DNA of 64,000 bases from Candidatus Methanosuratincola verstraetei (GCA_049570475.1 CP186953.1:512001-576000), one strand, 5' to 3'; counted from the stretch's first letter, positions 18,564 through 28,902 are shown. A program made the numbers and translations. Notes: generated by a model not told the origin, from the letters alone.

Positions 18564-18992
18564 TCATGCCAGGTTGAGGAATCGGAGGATCTTCGATTCC
18601 TCCCCCTTCCTGAGTTGGACGGATATCTTTACCCTGATTACATCATCACTGTCAGAAAGGCGGAGGGATCCGGAGAAGGCTTTTTGCTTGTCTAGCCGCA
18701 AGAAGAAGGTTGACCTTGAGTCGAAATAACGGTCCATCTCGTCCCTGAGCCGAAGGATGTCCCCGGGCGGGAGCAGCTTTGTGATGTAATCCACCACATC
18801 CTTAGCGGCTGAGCCCTCCTCCTCGAGAGAGGCTATCCGTATCTCGTTCCCATGGTGGCCCTTAGCGAGGGTGTATTTGACTGCGGCAGAGCCGCGAATC
18901 GCCTCTGGAAGGAGGTTCAGCAGAGCCTGCTCGACCTTTTTCTGGTCCTCTGTCGCGTGGCATATCAGGCTCATTGAGACTTTCGATATCAT
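18564..18992 (-). CDS. Exosome-operon RNA-binding protein (COG1325/DUF54)
   Basis: HATED..KV..AL, GHHGN.I, LRLDKQ. Confidence 0.9.
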   Translation of the reverse strand: MISKVSMSLICHATEDQKKVEQALLNLLPEAIRGSAAVKYTLAKGHHGNEIRIASLEEEGSAAKDVVDYITKLLPPGDILRLRDEMDRYFDSRSTFFLRLDKQKAFSGSLRLSDSDDVIRVKISVQLRKGEESKILRFLNLA

Positions 18993-19059
18993 AAGAAACT
19001 GCACCAGGTTTTATGAAAAACGTAAAGATTGCCCTTTGAGGGCAAATGGCGTGCTTCTC

Positions 19060-19578
19060 TCAAAGGCCCCTTGCACGCTTTCCGGCTGCGGTCAGGCCTC
19101 TGTAGACTCGGCCGCGCTGTGCAGGATGGGTTATCCAGCAGAGATCCTTGTCGCTCTGGATGGATGGGTTCGATGGATCGACAAGTATGACTTCATACCA
19201 CGCATACCTGCCGTCTGACCCGACCCAGTAGCTGCCCAAGACATTCATGTTCGGGAACTTCTTTGCAGCCCTCTCTTCAGCTATCCATCTCACGCTCTTA
19301 TTGACAGTGAGGCCGTAGATCCCCATCCGCTTGGGGCGCCGCCCTGAACGCGGGCGCTGCACATTCATAGGACCCCTTATCACCCTTACTCTAGCCACAA
19401 CAATGCCAGGCTTTGCCTTGTACCCAAGAGACCTGGCCTTGTTGAGCCGTGTAGGATGCTCGAGCGGGCAGACTGCGGGCTCGCGCCGCCACTTGATGAG
19501 GCGCTCTGTGCGCAGGCTCTTCACTAGCCCCTCTCCGGGGCTCCGCCACGCATCCCTGATGTATTTGTAAGCAGACAT
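19060..19578 (-). CDS. rpl15e: 50S ribosomal protein L15e
   Basis: YKYI..AW, PTRL.KARSLGYKAK, AEERA, SYWVG.DG. Confidence 0.97.
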   Translation of the reverse strand: MSAYKYIRDAWRSPGEGLVKSLRTERLIKWRREPAVCPLEHPTRLNKARSLGYKAKPGIVVARVRVIRGPMNVQRPRSGRRPKRMGIYGLTVNKSVRWIAEERAAKKFPNMNVLGSYWVGSDGRYAWYEVILVDPSNPSIQSDKDLCWITHPAQRGRVYRGLTAAGKRARGL

Positions 19579-19596
19579 TGTCGCACCAACCGCAGA

Positions 19597-20523
19597 CTAA
19601 AGCGTCTTAAAGGCGTTTATAATGTTTTCGGCTATGAGTACGGCTCCCAGCGACTGGGCCTCCCTAGTCTGGGCGCCTATGTGCGGGGTAGCAATCACAT
19701 TGGGGAGGGATACAAGCTCCTTCTCCTCAGGTGTCTCCGGGGGTTCGTGCTCGAATACGTCCAAGGCGGCACCTGCGATCCTCCCGCTTTTCAGGGCCCT
19801 CAAGAGCGCGGCTGTATCGACAACCTCCCCCCTTGAAGCGTTTATGAAGAATGCGCCTTGCTTCATAGATGAGAAGGCAGAGTCGCCAAACATGTGGTAA
19901 GTCTCTGGCAAGAGAGGCACATGAACGGTCACCACATCAGACCTGGAGAGAAGATCTTCGACCCGGTTTACCCTCTCTGCACCTAGCCTTGCTAGGGCGC
20001 CCTCGTCGACAATGACATCGTAGACGAGTATATTCATGCCAAATGCCCTGGACCTCTCCGCGACTGAACGCCCTATCCTCCCGAAGCCGACCACCCCAAG
20101 GGTCTTGCCGTTCAGCTCGGTGCCATGGAGCTTCTTCTTCTCCCACAGCCCCCGCTTCATTGAATCGTTTGCTATGTGTATTCGCCTTGCAAGGCTGAGC
20201 ATCATCCCCATCACAAGCTCAGCCACTGCAACGGTAGACATCTGAGGGGTGTTGAGGACCTTTATCTTGGCCTCCTCAGCAGCCTTGACGTCGATTGTGT
20301 CAAGGCCCACCCCGACCCTCCCGATGACCTTGAGATTCTTTCCCATTTCAATTATTTCGCGCGTTACCTTGGTCCTGCTCCTTACGATTAGCACATCATA
20401 GAGCCCGATTATGCTCTTGAGCGAATCGTATGAGATGTCAAATTTCTCGTCGACTTCGAACCCTGCGGCCCTAAGCCTCGATCCGCACTCGGCATCGACC
20501 TCATCGGCAATCAGCACCCTCAT
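19597..20523 (-). CDS. serA: D-3-phosphoglycerate / D-2-hydroxyacid dehydrogenase (no ACT domain)
   Basis: VRSRTKVT, GVGLD.ID, GFGRIG, INASRG, TPHIGAQT.EAQ. Confidence 0.85.
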   Translation of the reverse strand: MRVLIADEVDAECGSRLRAAGFEVDEKFDISYDSLKSIIGLYDVLIVRSRTKVTREIIEMGKNLKVIGRVGVGLDTIDVKAAEEAKIKVLNTPQMSTVAVAELVMGMMLSLARRIHIANDSMKRGLWEKKKLHGTELNGKTLGVVGFGRIGRSVAERSRAFGMNILVYDVIVDEGALARLGAERVNRVEDLLSRSDVVTVHVPLLPETYHMFGDSAFSSMKQGAFFINASRGEVVDTAALLRALKSGRIAGAALDVFEHEPPETPEEKELVSLPNVIATPHIGAQTREAQSLGAVLIAENIINAFKTL

Positions 20524-20722
20524 CTGGGGACACCTAGCGTCATCTAAACCCTCAAGGGCTGTAAAATAGTTTATGCTCCAGTCAAAAACTAAGGGGGCGG
20601 AGGGATCGCAGCGGATCCAGGATCGCGCCCGTACGGCACATCAGGCTGCCTTTGATGCCGCAAGAGGTCCAGCAGATTGGGTTAATATAGATTCGGCGCA
20701 GAAATATTAGAGGAGCTTTAAA

Positions 20723-21934
20723 ATGATAGCAGGTCTGGTAGGCAAAACGCATGTAGGCAAGACAACCTTCTTCTGCGCCAGCACTCTTGCCCCGGCCAAG
20801 ATAGGGGCGGTGCCATTCACCACAATAGAGCCTAACCAAGGGATCGCCAGCATAAGGGTAAAGTGCGTGTGCAGTGAGATGGGAGTCAAAGACAATCCCA
20901 GGAATTCGGTCTGCATCGATGGGATCAGATGGGTTCCAGTGAAACTAGTAGATGTGGCTGGGCTCGTCCCTGACGCTCACAAAGGCCGCGGACTCGGGAA
21001 TAAGTTTTTAGATGACCTGCGCCAGGCGGACGGCTTCATACAGGTAGTCGACGCATCGGGCAGCACGGACGCCAATGGGAATGCCTGCCAACCCGGGGCC
21101 AGAGATCCCGTCGACGACGTGAGGTTCCTTGAGCATGAGATAACGATGTGGATGACAGGGATCCTGAAGAAAGATTGGGACAGGGTCGTCAAAGGAATAA
21201 GGCAGCTCAAGGAGGACGGTATCACGCTGCTAACCGAGAGGCTCACAGGCCTGATGATAAGCAGGCGGCATGTCTTGGCTGCGATCGGCGCGAGGGAGGA
21301 GCTGAAAAAGAGGATTGACGAGTGGACAGAGGAAGATTTGAGGACGTTCGTTGAGGAGCTGAGGAAGGCCTCAAAACCGATGGTGATTGCCGCGAACAAG
21401 ATAGACATAAGGCAGGCAGAGGAGAACATCGAGAGGCTGAGGCAGGAGTTCAAGGACAGGACGGTTATCCCCTGCTCGGCAGAGGCCGAGCTGGCATTGA
21501 GGCTTGCAGCCAAGAAGGGGATAATCAGCTACAACCCAGGCGACCCAGATTTCAAAGTTCTCAAGCAGGAGAGCCTGAACGAGAGGCAGAAAGAAGGGCT
21601 TCGCAGGATAAAAGACCTTCTAGAGAAGTGGGGGAGCACAGGGGTGCAGGAAGCTTTAGAGAGCATTTACAAGAAGGAGCTGAAGATGATATCGGTATTC
21701 CCAGTCGAGGATGCGAACAAGCTGACAGACCACAAGGGCAACGTGCTCCCTGATGTTGTGCTTGTCCAGGAAGGGACTACTGCAAGGGGGCTGGCCTACA
21801 AGATCCACTCGGATCTGGGCGAGGGATTCTTGCATGCGATCGACGTCAGAACAGGGCAGAAGATCGGCGAAGACTACAGGATCAAGGACAGGGATATCAT
21901 CAAGATAGTCTCCGCAAAAGGCGTGCGGGGTTAG
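20723..21934 (+). CDS. ychF: Obg-family YchF NTPase with TGS domain
   Basis: PFTTIEPN, DVAGLVP.AH.GRGLGNKFLDDLR, ANKID, TGS C-terminus. Confidence 0.95.
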   Translation: MIAGLVGKTHVGKTTFFCASTLAPAKIGAVPFTTIEPNQGIASIRVKCVCSEMGVKDNPRNSVCIDGIRWVPVKLVDVAGLVPDAHKGRGLGNKFLDDLRQADGFIQVVDASGSTDANGNACQPGARDPVDDVRFLEHEITMWMTGILKKDWDRVVKGIRQLKEDGITLLTERLTGLMISRRHVLAAIGAREELKKRIDEWTEEDLRTFVEELRKASKPMVIAANKIDIRQAEENIERLRQEFKDRTVIPCSAEAELALRLAAKKGIISYNPGDPDFKVLKQESLNERQKEGLRRIKDLLEKWGSTGVQEALESIYKKELKMISVFPVEDANKLTDHKGNVLPDVVLVQEGTTARGLAYKIHSDLGEGFLHAIDVRTGQKIGEDYRIKDRDIIKIVSAKGVRG

Positions 21935-22236
21935 CCGAACTTCTTGAAGTAGTAGCCCGACTCCCGCTTCTCCCCGAATGACCTGATCCCTGATTCAGCG
22001 ATCCTCTTCCTCAGGGAGTCGGCGTAAGCCTTCGAGATCTCTCCCCTCTTTTCCATGAAGTCAATGACTTCTAGGCCTTCCGCATCCGTGCTGCACCGCT
22101 GGAGGAAGTCAATGACAGACGGATCGTATCCCCTGCCCCTGTCAACCTTCAAGGGGTGGGCGCCCCCCATATCTGAGCTGATCTCCCTGTAGAGGTTTGG
22201 ATAATCCCGCTTCAGCTCCTTCTCAGAAAACCCCAT
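21931..22236 (-). CDS. DUF2095 family protein
   Basis: YPNL..E, GYDP.VIDFL.RC.T..E.LEVI, GIRSFG..R..GYY. Confidence 0.8.
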   Translation of the reverse strand: MGFSEKELKRDYPNLYREISSDMGGAHPLKVDRGRGYDPSVIDFLQRCSTDAEGLEVIDFMEKRGEISKAYADSLRKRIAESGIRSFGEKRESGYYFKKFG

Positions 22237-23801
22237 CAGCCTTGACCTCCGATAGCCTTCCGGTATTCATGCAGCAAAAAAGATCTGCCTGGTCCCCCTT
22301 TTATCGATTCCCAAGGCAGGGGTTCATCCTCGGAATAATTAGGCTGCATCGTCCCAAAGTCCTTCTTGATGCCCTTGAGCACGCGCCTCCATGTCCCGAG
22401 GTCGCCTTGGCCGCCCTCAGAGACGTCCTTGAGCGCGATGAGCAGGGCGGATGAGGCCTCCCTGCCTGATACAGACAGAAACGACTGCACTGCCCCCCAC
22501 CTGTAATCCATCGACTCAAACCTCCGTATCCCCAGATCAGAGCAGATCTCCCTCATCCTTGATACCCTGGATCTGTACTCTGGCTCGCTGACCATGCGGG
22601 TCCACTGGAATGGCGTATTTCCCTTCGGGATCATTGGGTTCACGCTTACGTGGATCGATCTCGGGTCGAAACCTGCCGAGATCGCCCCTGCGAGCATCGG
22701 CCGCAGCAGCTCCAGATCTGTCATGGCTTCGCCAGGTATCCCCACCATGAAATAGAGCTTCAAGGATCTTATGCCAGCCCTTCGAGATGCCTCAAGGAAC
22801 GCTGCCATTTCCGATTCGTCGAGGGGCTTGTTTATCACCCCTCTCAGGCGGCTTGAAGGCGACTCTGGGGCGATCGTGATTGACCGTTGACCGCCTGCGG
22901 CAAGGAGATCGGCCAAATCACTGCCCTTCTTCGAGACCCTAACAGACGGCAGCGAGTATTTTACATGCCTGTCGCGCATCCATGCCAGGATCTCGCATAT
23001 TTCCCTGTGGTCGAAGAACGCAGAACTTATGCACGTGACCCGATCGAGACCCGAGAGGGGCAGGCCTTGTTCCAAGATCTCCGTCACCTTTCTGTAGGAG
23101 CGCTCCCTCTTGGGCCTGTAGAGGAAACACTCCAGGCAGAACCTGCACCCTCTGTTGCAGCCCCTGCTTACCTCGAGCAAGAATGTCGAGGAGAATCCCT
23201 GCCCAGAAACCGGGTGGACTTGTCTGACCGCGTGCGGTGCATCCTCAAGCGAGTCCACAATCCCGCGCTCGGCCTCAACGCCTGGGGCGTAAAGGCCCGG
23301 CCTGGATCCTGCCAACTGCTTGGGGCCATCCCCCTCTGAGAGCCTGTCTAGGAGGTAGTCGAGGACAGGCTCTGACTCGCCCACAACAAAGAGATCGACA
23401 AAATCCTCAAGGGGGGACGGGTTGGAGGATACGGCGGGTCCGCCGGCGATCACTACGGGGCGCTTCCTTCGGGAAGCGAAGAGCTCGATCGAGGAAGAAT
23501 CAAGCATGTCAAGCATGCGGAGATAGTCGATCTCATGCTGGAGGGAAAACCCCACGACATCGAACGCGCCAAGCGGAAGGTTCGACTCCAGGCTGACCGG
23601 AGGGACCCTGAACCCCGAGAAGAAGAAGCGTTCGCAGAGGCAGTCCTCCCTGCTGTTTATGAGCTCATAGAGTAGCCTTACAGCAAGGTTGCTGATCCCG
23701 ACAGAATATGGGCTCGGGTAAGCCAGGGCGAACTTTAGCCTCACCTTCCTGTGGTCTTTCTTGACTACGTTCCTCTCGAACGGTATAAGTATAGAATTCA
23801 C
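22236..23801 (-). CDS. Radical SAM protein with an N-terminal B12-binding-like domain
   Basis: YP..Y.VG.SN, IAGGP....NP, RGCNRGCRFC, APES, KLYFMVG.P, PK..TPFQ. Confidence 0.88.
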   Translation of the reverse strand: MNSILIPFERNVVKKDHRKVRLKFALAYPSPYSVGISNLAVRLLYELINSREDCLCERFFFSGFRVPPVSLESNLPLGAFDVVGFSLQHEIDYLRMLDMLDSSSIELFASRRKRPVVIAGGPAVSSNPSPLEDFVDLFVVGESEPVLDYLLDRLSEGDGPKQLAGSRPGLYAPGVEAERGIVDSLEDAPHAVRQVHPVSGQGFSSTFLLEVSRGCNRGCRFCLECFLYRPKRERSYRKVTEILEQGLPLSGLDRVTCISSAFFDHREICEILAWMRDRHVKYSLPSVRVSKKGSDLADLLAAGGQRSITIAPESPSSRLRGVINKPLDESEMAAFLEASRRAGIRSLKLYFMVGIPGEAMTDLELLRPMLAGAISAGFDPRSIHVSVNPMIPKGNTPFQWTRMVSEPEYRSRVSRMREICSDLGIRRFESMDYRWGAVQSFLSVSGREASSALLIALKDVSEGGQGDLGTWRRVLKGIKKDFGTMQPNYSEDEPLPWESIKGGPGRSFLLHEYRKAIGGQG

Positions 23802-25078
23802 CGCCTCGGGCGCATTTCAAATTCCACTTTCGAGACGACCACGGTCTCAGGGGGGACGTCCCTATGGACAGAGGCGTGTGGGCCTATCCAGCTAGAGTGC
23901 CCGATCTTTACGCCAGGGTAGATCGAGACGTTGATCCCGGTCTTCACTCCGTCCCCAAGGAATGCCCCCAGCTTCCTGTGCCCGGTGTCCACCATCTTCC
24001 CCTTCAGCGATGCCCTGATGTTTCTTTCGTCAAACCTCAGGTTGGCAGTGATTGTCCCTGCACCTATGTTGCAGTCCCTGCCCAGAACGCTGTCGCCTAT
24101 GTATGAGAGGTGACCTATGTGGGTTCGTTCCATGATGACGCTGCCCTTGATCTCGCACGCGTTGCCCACCCTCACGCCTTGTGCCAGGTAGGTGTAAGGC
24201 CTGAGATAACAGTTAGGTCCGACCCTGCAGCAAGAAGAGATCCAGACGGGGCCCTCAATGTATGAGCCTGACATGACTGTTGCACCCCTTTCGATTACAA
24301 CATCGCCCCTTATCTGTGCCCCCTCCTCAACGACCCCCTCGACTGATCTCCCCTTCACAAGCTCGTCGAGCAGGAGGCGGTTTGCCTCAAGCACGTTCCA
24401 AGGCCTCCCAACATCGACCCAACTCTCGCCATCCAGCTCATACACTGAAAAGACCATCCCGCCCTCAGTGGCGAGGTTGATTGTGGTGGTCAGCTCATAC
24501 TCGCCCCTCTCCGAAAGGGGCGTGATGTCAAGGTACTTGAGCAGGCTTCCGGGGAGGAGGTACATGCCTGCGTTCACCAGGCCTGGAGCTGGTTGAGAGG
24601 ACTTCTCCATTATCCGTAAGAGGCGCCCGCCGCTCGATTCAATGGCGCCATATTCGGAGGCATTGGGAAGCTTCACCGCTCCGATCACCGCCCCCCGCTT
24701 GCCGGACTCCTCCCAAAAAGAGACCATCCCAGCCAGGGACGATGGCTTGAATGCGAGGTCTCCGTAGACAAGGAGAAAGTCGTCGCCACCGATGAGCGGC
24801 GCAGCCGCCCGGAGCGCGTCGCCAGTCCCACCTGTGTGCCCCTGATCGACGTATTCGACCCTGACCGAGAATGCGCTGCCATCGCCTATGCATGAAGCTA
24901 TCTGATCAGCCATGTGGTGGACGACAATTATTATCTCATTTATCCCGACCAATTTCAAAGCCCGGATTGTGTGGAAGATGAGGGGCGAACCCCCTATGGG
25001 AAGGATGTGTTTCGGGCGGCTGCTGTTCAATGGGTCAAGCCTCTCACCCTTCCCAGCAGCGAGTATAACGCCCTTCAT
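23798..25078 (-). CDS. glmU: Bifunctional sugar-1-phosphate nucleotidyltransferase/acetyltransferase (archaeal GlmU)
   Basis: LAAGKGERL, SERGEYELT, hexapeptide repeats, HLSYIGDS, GTITANLRFD. Confidence 0.92.
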   Translation of the reverse strand: MKGVILAAGKGERLDPLNSSRPKHILPIGGSPLIFHTIRALKLVGINEIIIVVHHMADQIASCIGDGSAFSVRVEYVDQGHTGGTGDALRAAAPLIGGDDFLLVYGDLAFKPSSLAGMVSFWEESGKRGAVIGAVKLPNASEYGAIESSGGRLLRIMEKSSQPAPGLVNAGMYLLPGSLLKYLDITPLSERGEYELTTTINLATEGGMVFSVYELDGESWVDVGRPWNVLEANRLLLDELVKGRSVEGVVEEGAQIRGDVVIERGATVMSGSYIEGPVWISSCCRVGPNCYLRPYTYLAQGVRVGNACEIKGSVIMERTHIGHLSYIGDSVLGRDCNIGAGTITANLRFDERNIRASLKGKMVDTGHRKLGAFLGDGVKTGINVSIYPGVKIGHSSWIGPHASVHRDVPPETVVVSKVEFEMRPRR

Positions 25079-26430
25079 TCAAGATCACCCATTGCGGCCT
25101 TTACGAGCGCCACCGCTCGATCAGCAAGCTCTTTTGCAACAGACCTTTCCTGGGACTCAGAGGTTACCCTGACGAGGGGCTCGGTCCCCGAGGGTCGGAT
25201 TAGCACCCAAGAACGGTCAGCCAAACTGACCCTCACGCCGTCAACCTCATCCAATTCGACGCCGCTGAGCCACCCTAGCGCTCTGGAGGAGACAGCCCGC
25301 ATCAGCGCTTCCTTTTTGATGCTCTGGCATGGCACAGACCTCCGCTCCGTGTGGAAGGCTGGGACTCCTTCGCAAACCTCGGATGGACGGAGGTGCGACT
25401 CCTCAAGCATCGAAAGGAAGATAATCGAGGAGAGGACTCCATCGGGGCAGAGGGACTCCTCAGGGAAGATCCATGCCCCGCAAGTCTCCCCGCCGAATGA
25501 CCCCCCAAGGTCGATGAGGGCCTCAAGAACATAGACATCGCCAACAGGAGCCCGGTGGATCCTCCCCCCTGCGGCTTCAACCATGAAATCGACTACTGAC
25601 GAGGTATCAACATTTACTACGATGTCCTTCTTTCCGCCCTTGACCATCTCCGAGGCAACGAATGCCAACGCCAAATCCTGCTTCAAGAAACGGCCATGCT
25701 CGTCCACAACCGCGAACCTGTCTCCGTCGCCGTCATATGCGAACCCCACATCCAGTCCTTTGGACTTGACCAGCTCCGAGAGGGACGAGAGCGAGGACTC
25801 GTTCGGCTCAGAACCCCTCCCCTTGAATAGAGGATCCGGGTGCGAGTTCACAACCTCCAGGTCGCACCCTGCTGACTCGAACGCCAGCGGCGCCGTCAGG
25901 CATGTCGACCCATTCCCGGGATCCAGCCCAACTCGCCAAACATCTCGGAATTCCCTCCTGGATGAGAGCCATTCCAGATATCTGTGGAGGCCGGCTCCAT
26001 GCCTCGAGGACCCGACCGAATCCCACCTACTGCACGCCATATTGCCCCTCAAGCAATTCACCAGCGATCGATAGTCGGAAGGCTTCCAGGAGGCGCCCCT
26101 GCCGTCGAAGATCTTCGCCCCGTTGTACTGCGGGGGGTTGTGGCTTGCAGTGATCATCACTCCGCCAGCCAGTCCTCTGGATAGGAAGGCGAGCGCCGGC
26201 GTCGGCATTAGTCCATATGAGACGGTATGCGATCCGCCAGCGTTCAGCCCGCATCGGAATGCGTCAGCCAGGAGGGGCGAGGTCGACCTAACATCGTATG
26301 CGACAGCGTATGTGCCTGGCTTCATTAATGAGGACGCCAAACCGCACTTGAAAAAGAGGTCTGGCGTCACCTCTTCCATTGCGATGCCCCTCAACCCGGA
26401 GCTGCTGATCAAATGATCCATTTTTGACAT
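25075..26430 (-). CDS. glmM: Phosphoglucosamine mutase / PMM-PGM family
   Basis: TASHNP, DGDGDR, GGE, RPSGTEP. Confidence 0.9.
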   Translation of the reverse strand: MSKMDHLISSSGLRGIAMEEVTPDLFFKCGLASSLMKPGTYAVAYDVRSTSPLLADAFRCGLNAGGSHTVSYGLMPTPALAFLSRGLAGGVMITASHNPPQYNGAKIFDGRGASWKPSDYRSLVNCLRGNMACSRWDSVGSSRHGAGLHRYLEWLSSRREFRDVWRVGLDPGNGSTCLTAPLAFESAGCDLEVVNSHPDPLFKGRGSEPNESSLSSLSELVKSKGLDVGFAYDGDGDRFAVVDEHGRFLKQDLALAFVASEMVKGGKKDIVVNVDTSSVVDFMVEAAGGRIHRAPVGDVYVLEALIDLGGSFGGETCGAWIFPEESLCPDGVLSSIIFLSMLEESHLRPSEVCEGVPAFHTERRSVPCQSIKKEALMRAVSSRALGWLSGVELDEVDGVRVSLADRSWVLIRPSGTEPLVRVTSESQERSVAKELADRAVALVKAAMGDLE

Positions 26431-26466
26431 CAAAAGAGAATTGGGGGGAGGTAATAAAATAGGTTT

Positions 26467-27099
26467 TTACTGGGGCGGCTGTGCCTCAGGCTGCGGAGCT
26501 GGCTGGACAGGGGACCCTGCCTCAACGAGCTCGCTCTTCCTTACTTCGATCTTCCTCAAGGGATAGACCGACTTCGCTGCATTGTAGATCTCTGAGGCGA
26601 TCTTGCCTAGCACCAGCTGCTGCGCAAGCTCGTCGTAGAGCAGTTGCGAGCTCTTCTTGTTGACGGTGTCCTCCATCAGGTGGCGTATCATCCGCTTCTG
26701 CGAGCTCTTTGTCCTCACGGCCGAGAGTGCGATGATGCCGACACGGACCTTGTAGCCGTCCTTCGTGACCATGTTGAATATCCCGTCTATCCTGGATCCT
26801 CCTCTCCTCACTAGGCTCCTCAGGTAGTCCCTCGCAAGGTCATGGCCTATGAACATCGTGTATGCCTTATCGCCCTCAACCTTGGTGATCCTGAAGTGCA
26901 GCTTGACGTGCAGAAGCGAAAAGTCCTCGGTTATGTTGTAAAGAGTGGTCTCCAATACGCGACCTACCAGCTTCTGCGGATCATCAGCGAGAGTTTTTCC
27001 GATCTCGACATTACCGAAAGCGGCAGGTGCGTACACATTATACCACTTCTTCTGCCGCCACTTATCCTTCAATTTAACCGGTGCTTTCGTTTCGGACAT
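26467..27099 (-). CDS. rps3ae: 30S ribosomal protein S3Ae (eS1)
   Basis: KDKW..K.WY, DYLRSLVRR, YPLRK.E.RK. Confidence 0.97.
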   Translation of the reverse strand: MSETKAPVKLKDKWRQKKWYNVYAPAAFGNVEIGKTLADDPQKLVGRVLETTLYNITEDFSLLHVKLHFRITKVEGDKAYTMFIGHDLARDYLRSLVRRGGSRIDGIFNMVTKDGYKVRVGIIALSAVRTKSSQKRMIRHLMEDTVNKKSSQLLYDELAQQLVLGKIASEIYNAAKSVYPLRKIEVRKSELVEAGSPVQPAPQPEAQPPQ

Positions 27100-27161
27100 G
27101 ATCTCACCGCAGTATCAGGTGAGAAAAGAAGAAGATCAATATAAACTTGTTTTCAGGCATT

Positions 27162-27419
27162 TTACGCAGATTTTTTCCCCAGCGAGGCTATCGCGCGCTC
27201 TGCAGTTTGAATGCAGAAGAGCAGGTCGTCGACCGTCCGCAGGAAGGACTGCAAGTCGCTGGACGAGGAGATCCTGACTGTCAATTTTCCGCCTGAAGTG
27301 GAGATCTCTATCTCTGTCCCGGCAGGTGCGCCCTTGTTGTCTGGGGAGACCGCGCGCATGACAGTCTCTGCAGCTTCATGGCTACCGTAGACCCTCTCGA
27401 TCAGGATCTCCGACCTCAA
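27162..27419 (-). CDS. Second Pcc1-family protein
   Basis: AVSPDN...LRTVDDLL; lies in the S15-GAN-Pcc-S3Ae operon. Confidence 0.8.
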   Translation of the reverse strand: MRSEILIERVYGSHEAAETVMRAVSPDNKGAPAGTEIEISTSGGKLTVRISSSSDLQSFLRTVDDLLFCIQTAERAIASLGKKSA

Positions 27420-28882
27420 AGCTTGACGCCCCCTATCATCTTTGCAATTATCTTGTCCACTAACGTTAAAAATGCCTCCTCCTTGCCGACAGGGATCTGC
27501 CCGCCGGCTGCGATATTGTGCCCTCCCCCTGCCCCTCCCACCTGCTCGGAGGCTTCCCTTATCGCGGATCCGAGATTGAGCCCCCTCCGCACCAGATCAG
27601 TTGTCCCTCTTGCAGAGACCTTGACGACCCCCTCTGCGTTCGAGAGGCCAAAAATTGGCTTGCTCCTCGTGAAAGGTTTCATGGAAAATGCGATCGAGAC
27701 TATTGTCCCGATCATCCGGTCATCAATATTGCTCCCCGCAAGAATCACCTGTATGCTGTTCATCACTCTTAGGGACGACGGGTTGTTTTCGAGCCACCTG
27801 AGGTAGCCCGAGATCTTCTTCCTGTACTCGGTGAGAAGCTCCCTGAGCTCCGTGAGGGCGCCTGCCCGGTCCCCAAGGCATAGCGCCACACCCAGGCCAT
27901 ATTTCCCAAGGCGCCCGCAAGCATTGACCGATGAGGCATACTCCCTGGCGTCCCTCATTGGGGAGTCTGCAGCCTCGGATTTTATAGTATACAGGACGCC
28001 CACGACGCTTTCGGCATCCTGGCTCGAGAGCCCTTGGGAGATAAGGTATTTTATCAGAGCGCTTGTGACCTGCCGGATCTCCTCATTAGACAGATCCGAG
28101 ATGGATCTCCAGCTGCCGTCCTGCTTTCGGGGCTCGATCCCTGCATTCTTCAGGAACTTGAAGCAGGCCCCCTCGTCCCCGCTCAGCCCGGGCAGATAGG
28201 GGTTGAGCGTGTATTCCATAGACTTGACGAGAGGCCTTGACTCGAAGCCATATAGCTTTAGACCCTTCGAAACTGCGATTAGCCCAGATCTCTGGGCATC
28301 CTCCGCTATTGAGGCGTTGAGTCCTATCAAAGATCCGCGATCTCCCTTGTCCTGCATGTCCCCGAGTGCCCCAACAATCGCCAATGGCGCAAGCGAGGCA
28401 TTCTCAGAAGACATCTTCTTGGCAACCAGGAAAGCAGTGCCAGATGCGGATATCTCATTCGACCCGTCAAAGCCAAATAAGTGGGGATTGATCTCCATTA
28501 TGCCGCCAACCGCCCCCGAATCATTGCCTTCCTTAGGAGTGGGCTGGTGGTGGTCGATGATGAAGATGCGCCTCTCGTATGAGCCGAGCCTCTCGAGCAG
28601 CTTCCTCTGTCCACTGCCCATGTCGGTGAATATGACGTTTTTGGCCTTGATCGGGAGGATCTCGGAAATCGCAGCCTCGTCCAGCTGCTTGACCACCCTT
28701 ATGTGGGGGGCGGCCCCAGACCTCAAAAGTGCAGAGGCGATAATGCTTCCGGAGGTTATCCCGTCAGCGTCGAGGTGGCACACCACAAGGACGGGCTCTC
28801 CGGCTGGGATCGAAGAAATCTCCCCTGCAATCTCGAGAGACCTCTGTTCCAGCCCTTTTAGGTCCTTATGGAGGGACAGCAA
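27416..28882 (-). CDS. RecJ/Cdc45-like DHH nuclease (GAN, GINS-associated nuclease)
   Basis: HLDADG, TDMGSG, IDHH, GALGD, NACGR, GGGH..AAG; synteny S15-GAN-Pcc-S3Ae. Confidence 0.88.
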   Translation of the reverse strand: MLSLHKDLKGLEQRSLEIAGEISSIPAGEPVLVVCHLDADGITSGSIIASALLRSGAAPHIRVVKQLDEAAISEILPIKAKNVIFTDMGSGQRKLLERLGSYERRIFIIDHHQPTPKEGNDSGAVGGIMEINPHLFGFDGSNEISASGTAFLVAKKMSSENASLAPLAIVGALGDMQDKGDRGSLIGLNASIAEDAQRSGLIAVSKGLKLYGFESRPLVKSMEYTLNPYLPGLSGDEGACFKFLKNAGIEPRKQDGSWRSISDLSNEEIRQVTSALIKYLISQGLSSQDAESVVGVLYTIKSEAADSPMRDAREYASSVNACGRLGKYGLGVALCLGDRAGALTELRELLTEYRKKISGYLRWLENNPSSLRVMNSIQVILAGSNIDDRMIGTIVSIAFSMKPFTRSKPIFGLSNAEGVVKVSARGTTDLVRRGLNLGSAIREASEQVGGAGGGHNIAAGGQIPVGKEEAFLTLVDKIIAKMIGGVKL

Positions 28883-28902
28883 GCTCCCCCCGAGTCATGC
28901 GC

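Noticed and set aside
20723-20770. YchF P-loop variant GKTHVGKTT
   Set aside because: It keeps GxxxxGKT; ordinary divergence
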